The notes beneath the pieces were generated by a model. That model searched no databases and was not told the DNA's origin. It saw only the letters and a program-made list of their open reading frames with translations. A stretch of 32,000 nt of DNA. It comes from an archaeon (GTDB taxonomy: Archaea; Iainarchaeota; Iainarchaeia; Iainarchaeales; CSSED10-239). Every line of letters starts with the position of its first letter. The first letter of the stretch is position 1. The stretch lies in NCBI GenBank assembly GCA_035390665.1, contig DAOOUC010000007.1, forward strand, positions 12,728 to 44,727. The letters run 5' to 3'. Of the stretch, positions 1-8,086 are shown one piece after another. The translations under genes were made by a program, and so were the position numbers.

Positions 1-1098
1 TAATATAACAATATTAAAACTAATTAATATGTTTATTGTTATTCCAACTTGAGCGGCCACTAATTTAACAAGACTTGCTAAACCAAATCCAAGTAATACC
101 CCTATTGTTCCTCCAATTAAACCAATAATTCCAGATTCTAATAAGAATATTAAAAGAATGTCTCTTTTCTTAGCACCAACTGCTTTTAATATTCCAATTT
201 CTTTCTTTCTTTCAAATACAGAAGTGTACATGGAGTTTAATATTCCAATTCCTCCAACTAGAAGAGAAATACAAGCAATTCCAATAATAACAATACTAAC
301 CATTCCAAGAGTTTCTTCTCTGTTTTTTGCTTCTTGAATTGGGCTTGTTACAAATACATCTTCTGAACCTCTTTTTCTTTCAAGTCTATCTTTTATTTTT
401 TCGGAAGTAACTTCTACATCTTTTCCTTCTTTGGTAATTGCATAAATTGCATCAAAGGTATCGTTCTGTGTAATTTCTTTAAGATTATCATTAGAGATAT
501 AAATTGCACTATCTTTTCTTCCGTCTCCTGTTTTTTTAAGAACTCCTACAATTGTATATTCTGTGTCTGCAATTTTAATTTTCTTTCCAAGATCTAGAAT
601 TTTTCCAAAAAGATCATCTTCTTTTTCTATATCATAAAAACTATAACCAACAACAATTTCTTTTGCTTTATCTGAAGATATATAACTTCCAGTTAATATT
701 TCTTTATTTTCTTGTAGTAACATTTTTTCAAAATATTTTGGTTCATAAGAAGTATAAGAAAGCATTTGTGTTTTTTGATTATATTTAGTTTCAAGATATC
801 CATTTAATGATCCAGTCGCATAATCAACATCTGTAATTTTTTCTATAGTTTTAATATCTTCATCTGTTAATCCAAGTAAACTTCGGCCACCACCAAAACT
901 TTGGTATTTGGAAGTAATTGTTATCTTTTGAGAACCTAAATTATTAAATTCACTGGTTATTGCAGATTTAAGTCCTTCTGAAAGAGAAATCAAAGAAACA
1001 ATTGCAACAACTCCAACAATAATTCCAGCTATAGTTAACCAATTTCTTAATTTTCTTCTTCTTAGGTTTCTTAGAACAAAACTTAGTATTCCAATCAT
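1..1098 (-). CDS. ABC transporter permease, FtsX/MacB-like (C-terminus runs off the window start)
   Basis: Own minus-strand translation from the ATG (rc of 1096-1098) gives MIGILSFVLRNLRRRKLRNWLTIAGIIVGVVAIVSL... and stays open to position 1. Near nt 170-240 it reads LNSMYTSVFERKKEIGILKAVGA, a typical FtsX-domain motif. It starts 6 nt downstream of the ATPase stop, so the two form an operon pair. It is absent from the ORF track because it has no in-window stop. Confidence 0.85.
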   Translation of the reverse strand, partial: MIGILSFVLRNLRRRKLRNWLTIAGIIVGVVAIVSLISLSEGLKSAITSEFNNLGSQKITITSKYQSFGGGRSLLGLTDEDIKTIEKITDVDYATGSLNGYLETKYNQKTQMLSYTSYEPKYFEKMLLQENKEILTGSYISSDKAKEIVVGYSFYDIEKEDDLFGKILDLGKKIKIADTEYTIVGVLKKTGDGRKDSAIYISNDNLKEITQNDTFDAIYAITKEGKDVEVTSEKIKDRLERKRGSEDVFVTSPIQEAKNREETLGMVSIVIIGIACISLLVGGIGILNSMYTSVFERKKEIGILKAVGAKKRDILLIFLLESGIIGLIGGTIGVLLGFGLASLVKLVAAQVGITINILISFNIVIL

Positions 1099-1104
1099 TA
1101 ATTA

Positions 1105-1809
1105 TCAATGGTTTAGTTTATCTTCAATTATTTTTCCATCTTTTAGATTTATGTTTCTTTTTGCAGCTTTTGCAACAGTCTTATCGTGTGTAATAATTAT
1201 AACTGTTTTTCCTTTCTTGTTTAAATCTTTTAAAAGATCCATTATTTCTTCACTTGATTTGGAATCAAGAGCACCGGTTGGTTCATCAGCGAGTATAATT
1301 TCGGGGTCATTAACTAAAGAACGTGCAATTGCTACTCTTTGTTGTTGTCCACCGGAAAGTTCAGTTGGTTTATGATGTACTCTTTCTCCAAGACCAACTA
1401 GAGTTAATAATGCTTTACAATGTTTTTCTTGAAGTTCTATTGATTTATCTGTGTCTTGAAAAAGCATTGGAAGCATAACATTTTCTAGAGCAGTTAAAGT
1501 TGGTATAAGATTAAAATCTTGAAAAACAAAACCAATTTTTTGTCCTCTAATCTTTGCTAAATCGTCTTCTTCTAAATTAGAAACATCTGTTCCACCTAAA
1601 AGTACTTTTCCTTTACTTGGAAGATCTAAGGCTCCAATAATGTGCATCATTGTGGATTTTCCAGAACCGCTTGGGCCCATAATTGCAACGAATTCTCCAG
1701 TATTAATTCTTAAATCTACTCCATTTAAGGCATTAACACAAACAGAACCCATACAATAGATTTTGTAGATATCTTTAAGTTCCACAACAGCTTTATCTTT
1801 TATAGTCAT
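1105..1809 (-). CDS. ABC transporter ATP-binding protein (MacB/LolD-like)
   Basis: Walker A GPSGSGKST, ABC signature LSGGQQQRVAIARSL, Walker B IILADEPTGALD. The likely start is MTIKDKAVVELKDIYK (ATG at 1809); the 33 upstream codons of the track ORF (MVFFTCFFCFF...) look like AT-rich read-through. Confidence 0.92.
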   Translation of the reverse strand: MTIKDKAVVELKDIYKIYCMGSVCVNALNGVDLRINTGEFVAIMGPSGSGKSTMMHIIGALDLPSKGKVLLGGTDVSNLEEDDLAKIRGQKIGFVFQDFNLIPTLTALENVMLPMLFQDTDKSIELQEKHCKALLTLVGLGERVHHKPTELSGGQQQRVAIARSLVNDPEIILADEPTGALDSKSSEEIMDLLKDLNKKGKTVIIITHDKTVAKAAKRNINLKDGKIIEDKLNH

Positions 1810-2113
1810 GTTTAACTCACACAAATAGTTAGTAAATTTACTATATATTACATATATAGAAATATATTTAAATAGAAAAAAACAGAAAAAACAAGTAAAA
1901 AACACCATTTCTTGGACAACTCGTCAACAAACACATTTATATATATTTTTAATCTAAAATATATTATATCTATTTGAGACAATTATGTTTACCTAAGTTC
2001 TTAAATTTTGTTCTTTTGGGTATGCACAACAAAAGTTATTTTTTGTTGGCACAGAGAAATCACAAAGTGATTTGTCTTGTGAAGGAACTTTTCTTTCAAG
2101 AAAAGGGTCTCGT

Positions 2114-2196
2114 GCAGAGGTGGCGGAGTGGCCAAACGCGCTAGCCTGCTAAGCTAGAGTCGAAAGACTACACGGGTTCGAATCCCGTCCTCTGCG
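2114..2196 (+). tRNA. tRNA-Ser (anticodon GCU)
   Basis: Hand-folded cloverleaf. Acceptor GCAGAGG/CCTCTGC, anticodon stem CTAGC/GCTAG with loop CT-GCT-AA, long variable arm AGTC-GAAA-GACT, T arm ACGGG-TTCGAAT-CCCGT, discriminator G. No encoded CCA, and an oligo-T tract follows. Confidence 0.93.
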
Positions 2197-2268
2197 TTTT
2201 TCTTTTTCTAAGAATATCTTTAAATATATTATGTATTACTATATTGATACACTAAAATGTGATATATT

Positions 2269-2529
2269 ATGTTTAAAAAAAAAGTTGATTCAGATAGATT
2301 ACTGCAAGAAACCATTTATGGAACAGGCGGAATACCTAAACCAGAGGTTGGTGCAGTTTCAGTCGGTGCAAGTAAGAGAAGAAGAAATGAGCAAAATTTC
2401 TTACAGAGATTATTTAGCCCAAGAAAAGTTGTAAGGCCTGCACCAGGAAAGCCAAAAAAACCAGGATTTTTTGAAAATCTTTTTTCAGGCAATGGTTTTA
2501 AAAGAAGAAAAGGTATTGATGGTTTTTAA
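2269..2529 (+). CDS. hypothetical small basic protein (86 aa)
   Basis: ORF track. Its stop overlaps the start of the next gene (TAATG at 2526-2531), suggesting translational coupling. I recognise no domain. It competes with an alternative-frame ORF at 2231..2434. Confidence 0.5.
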   Translation: MFKKKVDSDRLLQETIYGTGGIPKPEVGAVSVGASKRRRNEQNFLQRLFSPRKVVRPAPGKPKKPGFFENLFSGNGFKRRKGIDGF

Positions 2530-2903
2530 TGTTAAAAAATAAATTTATTTATTGGATACCAAGAATTTTATCAATATTATTTATTCTCTTTTTAGCAATG
2601 TTTTCTTTAGATGTTATTACTCCAGAGGCAAGTTTTTTGGAGATTGTGGGCGGATTACTAATTCATAATATCCCTGTTTTTATTTTAACTGCAATTTTAA
2701 TAATTTCTTGGAAATATGAAATTGTAGGTGCTATTGCTTTTATTTTGGGAGGATTATTATATCTTCTAAATGTTTTGATTACTATAATTAGGACACCACC
2801 ATTTGAATGGTTTTATTTATCTTGGATTTTATTTATTTCAGGACCAGCATTCTTGATAGGAATATTATTTTTAATTGGCTGGTTAAAAAAAAAGTCTAAG
2901 TAA
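2529..2903 (+). CDS. hypothetical integral membrane protein (about 4 TM helices)
   Basis: ORF track. Four long hydrophobic stretches ([61 protein letters not shown]). Confidence 0.65.
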   Translation: MLKNKFIYWIPRILSILFILFLAMFSLDVITPEASFLEIVGGLLIHNIPVFILTAILIISWKYEIVGAIAFILGGLLYLLNVLITIIRTPPFEWFYLSWILFISGPAFLIGILFLIGWLKKKSK

Positions 2904-4593
2904 ATTCATTTTCTGAAGTATTATTCCCGTAAAAGCTATTAAGTTTATTACTCATACAACTCATAATTGTTAAGCAATCTGTATCTGAAATATATTTTGT
3001 GTCTTGATAATTAATGTTGATAATATTATATTCATTTAATGGATCAATATCGTTTGGATAATCAGGAACAGGAGTAATTGGTTGTGGCATATTTTCAATT
3101 CTTCGTTGTAAATTTTCTTGTCTAATTCTTTCATTTTCTTGTCTTTGTATTTCAGCTTGATTTTGTCTTTCTAATTCTTGTTTAGCAATAGGAAGTAAAT
3201 CGTTTATTTCTTTACCTGATTTAGAAATTAATTCTCCAGAATATCCATAAATTATTGAACATTCTAATTTAGCATCTTCATCTTTTATCCATATTCTAAA
3301 ATATCCATTATTCCCCCAGTGTTCTCCCCAATTATTTTTTAATATCCAGTATTCTTTATTTCTAATCTTATCTGTGCCCCATCCAACAATAGTAACACCG
3401 TGAGCAAGGGTTGGAGGGTCTTCGTCTGATATTTTAGACCAAATTCCAGATTCAAAATTATAAAGAGACGGATAAAAATAAATAGATGTTGCTAGAGGAG
3501 ATAATTTAAGTGCTTCTTTAATATTATTGATTGTTTGAGTTTTATTTATAGTTCTACAATCAGAATTATCAATTCTAAAATGAGATTCTATAAAATACTT
3601 GGTATAGTTGTCATTTTTTCTAGGCAAATAAATTGAATTTTCAGTATCTGAATCAGAAGTATCTGGACAAAAATTAGAGTTTATATTATTAATATTTAAT
3701 CGGCCTTGACCAGTAATTAAAAGAGGGGTAATATTCATATTTGTTGTAGTTTTCTTAGTAGTTCTATTTAAATTAACAATTTCACAAGAATCATATGCCA
3801 AATAATTTAGTTGATTTTCTAAAGGAACACCAAAAGGAACTTCTCCAGCAGCTAAACTTAATTGGGTTCTTGTTTGTAAATGTTCTGTGCCTGCAATTAA
3901 TTTATTTTCTAAACCTAATTCTCCTTTTATTTTATTTTTTAAATAATTATTAAAATCACTATTTTGATTATAAGAGGCTAAAGATAAGAATTTAATGTAA
4001 TAATCTAATCCAGCACCACGACAGCCAATGAAATTAGAATAGGATATAAGATATTGTTCAGATAAGTTTAATTTATTATTTTCTGAAAGATTATCTTTTC
4101 TATTTATGTATCCTTCTAAAGCTCCAAGAATTGCAAAAGTGTTACAAGAACCACAAGTTGTTTGATTTTTACCTAGCGTCATATATGTTGCCCAATTTAT
4201 TTGGTCTTCAAATTCATAAATTGGAGCAGAAATGGTGGCATCGGTTAATAAGAATAATCCAGTATTCCTATTTTTTTCTTTTTTCATAGAATTTAAGTCA
4301 TCATATTTGTAGTTTTCTGGAAAGAAATTATTTTTATTTTCGGTATTAAAAATAGGCGATGGATCAGGATTTGCATTTGAATAAGAATCAATTTCATCAA
4401 TTCTTTGAGTGATTGGAATTTTCATAATTTCTTTAGAGTAATTTGTAGCAACCCAAGATGCATTTTGTTTTCTTAATTGTTCATTAATAATATCTGCTTG
4501 TGTTTTTTCTTTAGATATTGATAAAAATAACATTATAGAGATAATTATTATAGAAATAATAATTGCAATTATGGAGTTTAATTTTTTATTCAT
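2896..4593 (-). CDS. membrane-anchored papain-family (C1A) cysteine peptidase
   Basis: N-terminal anchor [17 protein letters not shown]. Papain catalytic motifs occur in canonical order: [13 protein letters not shown] (Gln-6 plus catalytic Cys), [11 protein letters not shown] (His), [20 protein letters not shown] (Asn-Trp). The C-terminus has a charged coiled-coil-like stretch [29 protein letters not shown]. Confidence 0.85.
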   Translation of the reverse strand: MNKKLNSIIAIIISIIIISIMLFLSISKEKTQADIINEQLRKQNASWVATNYSKEIMKIPITQRIDEIDSYSNANPDPSPIFNTENKNNFFPENYKYDDLNSMKKEKNRNTGLFLLTDATISAPIYEFEDQINWATYMTLGKNQTTCGSCNTFAILGALEGYINRKDNLSENNKLNLSEQYLISYSNFIGCRGAGLDYYIKFLSLASYNQNSDFNNYLKNKIKGELGLENKLIAGTEHLQTRTQLSLAAGEVPFGVPLENQLNYLAYDSCEIVNLNRTTKKTTTNMNITPLLITGQGRLNINNINSNFCPDTSDSDTENSIYLPRKNDNYTKYFIESHFRIDNSDCRTINKTQTINNIKEALKLSPLATSIYFYPSLYNFESGIWSKISDEDPPTLAHGVTIVGWGTDKIRNKEYWILKNNWGEHWGNNGYFRIWIKDEDAKLECSIIYGYSGELISKSGKEINDLLPIAKQELERQNQAEIQRQENERIRQENLQRRIENMPQPITPVPDYPNDIDPLNEYNIININYQDTKYISDTDCLTIMSCMSNKLNSFYGNNTSENEFT

Positions 4594-4709
4594 TTATTGT
4601 CCCCATATAATATAATAATATGAATGTTTATAAAATGTTTATCTCAAGAATATATTAGATGAAAACAGTATAAATTGATTGTGTATCAAGCTTGAACGTA
4701 ATAGGTCAG

Positions 4710-4791
4710 GCTAGGGTTTCCGAGCGGTCAAAGGAGCCAGACTCAAGATCTGGTGCTTAGTGCTTCGCAGGTTCGAATCCTGCCCTTAGCA
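4710..4791 (+). tRNA. tRNA-Leu (anticodon CAA)
   Basis: Hand-folded. Acceptor GCTAGGG/CCTTAGC (one G-U pair), anticodon stem CCAGA/TCTGG with loop CT-CAA-GA, long variable arm, T arm GCAGG-TTCGAAT-CCTGC, discriminator A. It stands out as a GC-rich island in AT-rich sequence. Confidence 0.92.
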
Positions 4792-4813
4792 GATTATAAT
4801 CTATTTGAATATT

Positions 4814-5395
4814 ATGAAATTTGAAAATATTATTCTAAATAAACCAGAAGATGTCGTGTCTTTTCTAAAAAGAGAAGATTTGATTAATCAACTATATGAA
4901 ATAGAATATACTACCAATCTGACTTATAGTTCGAAAGAAAAATTTATTGAAAGATTAAAAGAAAACCTATATCTTGAAACTCTTAATTCTAAAGAAATGG
5001 GCGTTTATTTTAATTTATTACATGAAAATAAAAAAATAATTGGTTTTTCTATATCAAATAAAGAAGATAAAGAAAGAGCATATATTGGAAGAATTGCAAT
5101 TAGAAAAGAATATCAAGGTAAAGGTCTTGGAAAGAAATTATTGATTAATACTGTTGCAAAATTAAGAGTAAAGGGTTTTACTTATATTGATTTAACTGCA
5201 AAACCAGCATTACATAAGCCATTAAAACAAATAACTGGCCAATCAAATATTGGGAAATCAAGACGAAAATTTAATTCTGATTTTAAGTATTCTATAAATA
5301 ATAGAAAATTTAATCCAGAAAGTAATAAGCCGATTACAATTACAATAAAAAAACAAAAAAGGAAAATTCCTGTTTATAGGCCACGAATAAAATAG
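4814..5395 (+). CDS. GNAT-family N-acetyltransferase with a Lys/Arg-rich C-terminal tail
   Basis: Acetyl-CoA binding motif RIAIRKEYQGKGLGKKLL (Q/R-x-x-G-x-G/A). C-terminal tail KKQKRKIPVYRPRIK. The track ORF begins at a TTG at 4805; I prefer the ATG at 4814. Confidence 0.75.
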   Translation: MKFENIILNKPEDVVSFLKREDLINQLYEIEYTTNLTYSSKEKFIERLKENLYLETLNSKEMGVYFNLLHENKKIIGFSISNKEDKERAYIGRIAIRKEYQGKGLGKKLLINTVAKLRVKGFTYIDLTAKPALHKPLKQITGQSNIGKSRRKFNSDFKYSINNRKFNPESNKPITITIKKQKRKIPVYRPRIK

Positions 5396-5401
5396 ATAAT
5401 T

Positions 5402-5782
5402 TTAACATTCTCCTTCTTTTAATATTGGTACATTGTCTGCTGTACATGCGTTTCCATAAGTAACTCCATTAACTCCACAAACAGGCATATATTCCATTGT
5501 ACAAACCTTTCCTTCTGTTGGAGGATATTGCCCTTTAAAACATTCTTCTCTATAAAGCTTCCATTCTTCACATTGAGATCCATCTTCAAATGTACAGATT
5601 CCATATTCTCCATGTTCTGAATTGACAATATTTAATGTACCTCCAAGATTTTTACAATAAACAGAAGCAGGGTTTGCAATTTCAGTTGTATTCTTTTCTG
5701 AAAAAATTAAAAATCCTGCAACAATTCCTGATACAAAAACAATTGCCATAATTATTCCTATTATTATTCTTTTATTTATCAT
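5402..5782 (-). CDS. membrane-anchored DUF333-like plus Kazal-like (serine protease inhibitor-type) domain protein
   Basis: N-terminal TM IIIGIIMAIVFVSGIVAGFLIF. NPASVYCKNLGGTL...GEYGICTFEDGSQCEEWKLYREEC matches the DUF333 pattern as I recall it. The C-terminal CTMEYMPVCGVNGVTYGNACTADNVPILKEGEC matches the Kazal core PVCG-x-[DN]G-x-TY-x-N-x-C. Its start overlaps the upstream gene by 4 nt. Confidence 0.75.
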   Translation of the reverse strand: MINKRIIIGIIMAIVFVSGIVAGFLIFSEKNTTEIANPASVYCKNLGGTLNIVNSEHGEYGICTFEDGSQCEEWKLYREECFKGQYPPTEGKVCTMEYMPVCGVNGVTYGNACTADNVPILKEGEC

Positions 5783-6648
5783 TTATTTTCACCTTTTTTA
5801 AATACTTCTCCAAGGAAAAGTTTATTACTTACTCCGTATTTTTTTATATCAATATATCCTTTATCTATTAGTTTTTTAATATTTCTTGAAACTGTGCCTT
5901 TAGGCAAGAAACTTTTAGCAGTTATTATTTTTTGAGATTGTCCTTCGTTTTCAATAATTATCTTCATAATCTTTTGTTCATTCTCATTTAGTCCCAAAAG
6001 TAAATCTTTTCCTTTTTCTGTAGTTTTTATTTCTTTTTTAGTTTTTGGTTTCTTTTTAATTAATAGGTATGCCCCAACTAAAATAATTGGAATAATTAAT
6101 AAATAATAATAATAATTATTAGATTCAACATTCTTTAAATCATAATTAATATTTATTTCTTTGATATCTTTAAAAGAAATAACAATTTGTCCATTGATTA
6201 CTTGAACCGAAGAAGAGATGGGCGTTTCTTTTATTTCTGAATTTTTGGGTAGAGTTATTTTTAAGTTATTAGATGTGTCTAAATATCTAGATTTATAATT
6301 TAGATTCCAAAGTCCATTATTTTTATTTGTGTAATAATCAGTAAGAGAGATGATTTCTATATTTAATGTTTCTGGTATGTTGCTTAGGTTAATTGTTAAT
6401 AATTCAGTTGTGTATGAAAAATTAGAATATTTTTGATTATTAATCTTTACAACAACATCATAGCTTGGAACAATTGGTAATTCTAATTTTTCTGAATTAA
6501 TGTCTGTAATTATTAATTTTTCTGAAATTTTATAACTATCAAATTTATCTGCAAATATTTCTGTGTCTTGAGATATAACATTGTATGCATAATTATAATT
6601 AATTATTGTAATAAAAACAAAAAATATTAATATTTGTTTCTTAATCAT
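5779..6648 (-). CDS. membrane-associated winged-HTH transcriptional regulator (extracellular domain - TM - cytoplasmic wHTH)
   Basis: Signal or anchor ILIFFVFITIINY, a roughly 165-aa extracytoplasmic region, TM YYYLLIIPIILVGAYLLI followed by KKKPKTKK, then a MarR/TrmB-like wHTH NENEQKIMKIIIENEGQSQKIITAKSFLPKGTVSRNIKKLIDKGYIDIKK. This architecture recalls COG2512-type predicted archaeal membrane-associated regulators. Confidence 0.7.
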   Translation of the reverse strand: MIKKQILIFFVFITIINYNYAYNVISQDTEIFADKFDSYKISEKLIITDINSEKLELPIVPSYDVVVKINNQKYSNFSYTTELLTINLSNIPETLNIEIISLTDYYTNKNNGLWNLNYKSRYLDTSNNLKITLPKNSEIKETPISSSVQVINGQIVISFKDIKEININYDLKNVESNNYYYYLLIIPIILVGAYLLIKKKPKTKKEIKTTEKGKDLLLGLNENEQKIMKIIIENEGQSQKIITAKSFLPKGTVSRNIKKLIDKGYIDIKKYGVSNKLFLGEVFKKGENK

Positions 6649-6725
6649 AATTATTCACTAATATTATATTACAATCATATATTTAAAGTTACTTTTTTTA
6701 AAAAAAATAAAAAAAGAAGAGAAAT

Positions 6726-7724
6726 TTATTCTTTAATTTCTCTTATAGCAGATATTCTTTTTTGTATTATCTTTTCTCCGAAAGGAATAAACCCTAAGAA
6801 TTTCTTTTTTTCTTTAACTTCAAAAACATATTCTGGATTTTCTGATTCTGTTTCTAAAATAATTTCTCCGATTATCTTTTCAGAATCAATTTTGTTTTCT
6901 TGAAGTATTTGTGTTACAGGTATTATCTTTTTTGTAGAGTTATTGTTTGTTATATAAATTTCAGAATCCTTTATTTCCATTTGAGATCTTGTTCTTAATT
7001 GTTCTTTTGGTTTTTCTGCAGTTGTTAATTCTTCTTTGTTTGGTTTAGAATTTTGTGCATTAGGGTTTGCTTGTATTTGATTTTGATTTCTGGCTCTTGC
7101 ATTTTCTGCAACAATTCCAGAATTGTCAGAATCAATAATTAAATAATGTATGTTTCCAAGATTATTCCCTTGAATTTCGGTTCCATCATTTAGTTTGATT
7201 GTGGCTTTAAATTTAAGCAATTTATCTATTCCACAAGAATTAATAAATCCAGTCATATTTTCTTGTGCAAATTCTTCTGTATCGTTTTCTTTTACATAAC
7301 CAATCTTTCCATGAAATAAAGAATCTGTTGAGCTTTTGCTTAATTTTCTTGTAAAACAAGCTTGTTCTTGTCCGTCTGTAAAAATTTCAAGAACTACCAA
7401 TTCTATTTCTGAAAGATTAATAGTTTTAGTATTAGCAATAGGCAATAATTCTAAATCTAAATAATAGCCTTCATTTTTCTTTAAATGATAGGTATTAGTT
7501 TCAGAATTAAAATAAGCACTAGAATTACATCTTTCTTTATATGGCCCAGTATAATTTTGATCAAAACGCACAGGTACAACAATTTGTGCTCTGTCTATTG
7601 CACAAGGAATTTGAAGTTCATAACTCATAGCTTCTTGAGCATAAAGTTTAGGAACAACAGCAAGTGCAAAGATTGTTAATGCAAATATTGCAACCACATA
7701 ATTTATTATTTTTTTTTCATTCAT
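6726..7724 (-). CDS. secreted hypothetical protein (332 aa), possible PepSY-like C-terminus
   Basis: Signal peptide VVAIFALTIFALAVVPKLYAQEA. AGGAGG Shine-Dalgarno (rc of 7731-7736) upstream of the ATG at 7724. Q/N-rich linker ARARNQNQIQANPNAQNSKPNK. The C-terminal EYVFEVKEKKKFLGFIPFGEK weakly resembles PepSY-type repeats. Confidence 0.7.
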   Translation of the reverse strand: MNEKKIINYVVAIFALTIFALAVVPKLYAQEAMSYELQIPCAIDRAQIVVPVRFDQNYTGPYKERCNSSAYFNSETNTYHLKKNEGYYLDLELLPIANTKTINLSEIELVVLEIFTDGQEQACFTRKLSKSSTDSLFHGKIGYVKENDTEEFAQENMTGFINSCGIDKLLKFKATIKLNDGTEIQGNNLGNIHYLIIDSDNSGIVAENARARNQNQIQANPNAQNSKPNKEELTTAEKPKEQLRTRSQMEIKDSEIYITNNNSTKKIIPVTQILQENKIDSEKIIGEIILETESENPEYVFEVKEKKKFLGFIPFGEKIIQKRISAIREIKE

Positions 7725-7735
7725 ATTTTTCCTCC

Positions 7736-7855
7736 TTAAATTTTTGTTTTTATTCTTAGTATTGTAAATAATAATGTTATTACAATAGCAAGGTAAATAA
7801 AAATAGCCAAAAAATATTGTCTAATTTTTCTTGCTGGACAACTTAATTTTTTCAT
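7736..7855 (-). CDS. possible 39-aa single-TM microprotein
   Basis: Own translation: MKKLSCPARKIRQYFLAIFIYLAIVITLLFTILRIKTKI. It is preceded by GAGGTGA 8 nt upstream of the ATG and ends 11 nt before the next gene's start. It is too short for the ORF track. Confidence 0.4.
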   Translation of the reverse strand: MKKLSCPARKIRQYFLAIFIYLAIVITLLFTILRIKTKI

Positions 7856-7966
7856 TTTTATTTCACCTCGCTTTATTTTTTTTTCTTAAAGGGGATTTAA
7901 TGGCATTGTCATTAAATCGTTTGTTTATACAAAACTTATGATTTTTTCTATTTAAATACTTTTAGC

Positions 7967-7995
7967 GAAACTTAGTGAAACTTAGTGAAAACTAC
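7967..7995. repeat. 10-bp direct tandem repeat, GAAACTTAGT x2 plus partial GAAAACTAC
   Basis: Read directly at 7967-7976, 7977-7986 and 7987-7995. It lies in the divergent intergenic region between the 7855 (-) and 8087 (+) gene starts. Confidence 0.8.
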
Positions 7996-8033
7996 AGAAA
8001 TATACTGGAATTTAGGGAAGATATTATGAAATG

Positions 8034-8041
8034 TTTATATA
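8034..8041 (+). promoter_or_regulatory. TATA-box-like element (TTTATATA) upstream of the 1657-aa gene
   Basis: TTTATATA lies about 50 nt upstream of the ATG at 8087, with a GAAGTGA SD-like element at 8072-8078. The same TTTATATA core recurs upstream of other genes here (1936, 14393, 26490). Confidence 0.4.
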
Positions 8042-8086
8042 TTTTTATATCTTATATATTATATATCTCTAAGAAGTGAAAAGATT

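Noticed and set aside
1810-1908. N-terminal extensions of track ORFs (ABC ATPase 1810-1908; also 13722-13754 on the glycosylase and 25583-25651 on the Zn-ribbon protein)
   Set aside because: The extensions encode Phe/Ile/Tyr/Cys-rich junk (MVFFTCFFCFFLFKYISIY, MYCYIIICEKA, MVINNRFKSSIFVVDIYQIEVVY). Internal ATGs give N-termini typical of the families, and the one at 25652 has a GAGGTGG SD.
2231-2434. 67-aa ORF in an alternative frame to 2269..2529
   Set aside because: The two cannot both be coding over the same DNA. The 2269 frame is translationally coupled (TAATG) to the downstream membrane protein gene. Neither has a recognisable domain, so this choice carries only moderate confidence.
7967-7995. 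The tandem decamers as a possible CRISPR or minisatellite
   Set aside because: There are only 2.9 copies of a 10-bp unit with no spacers, and no cas genes anywhere in the window. The sequence fits a regulatory direct repeat better.
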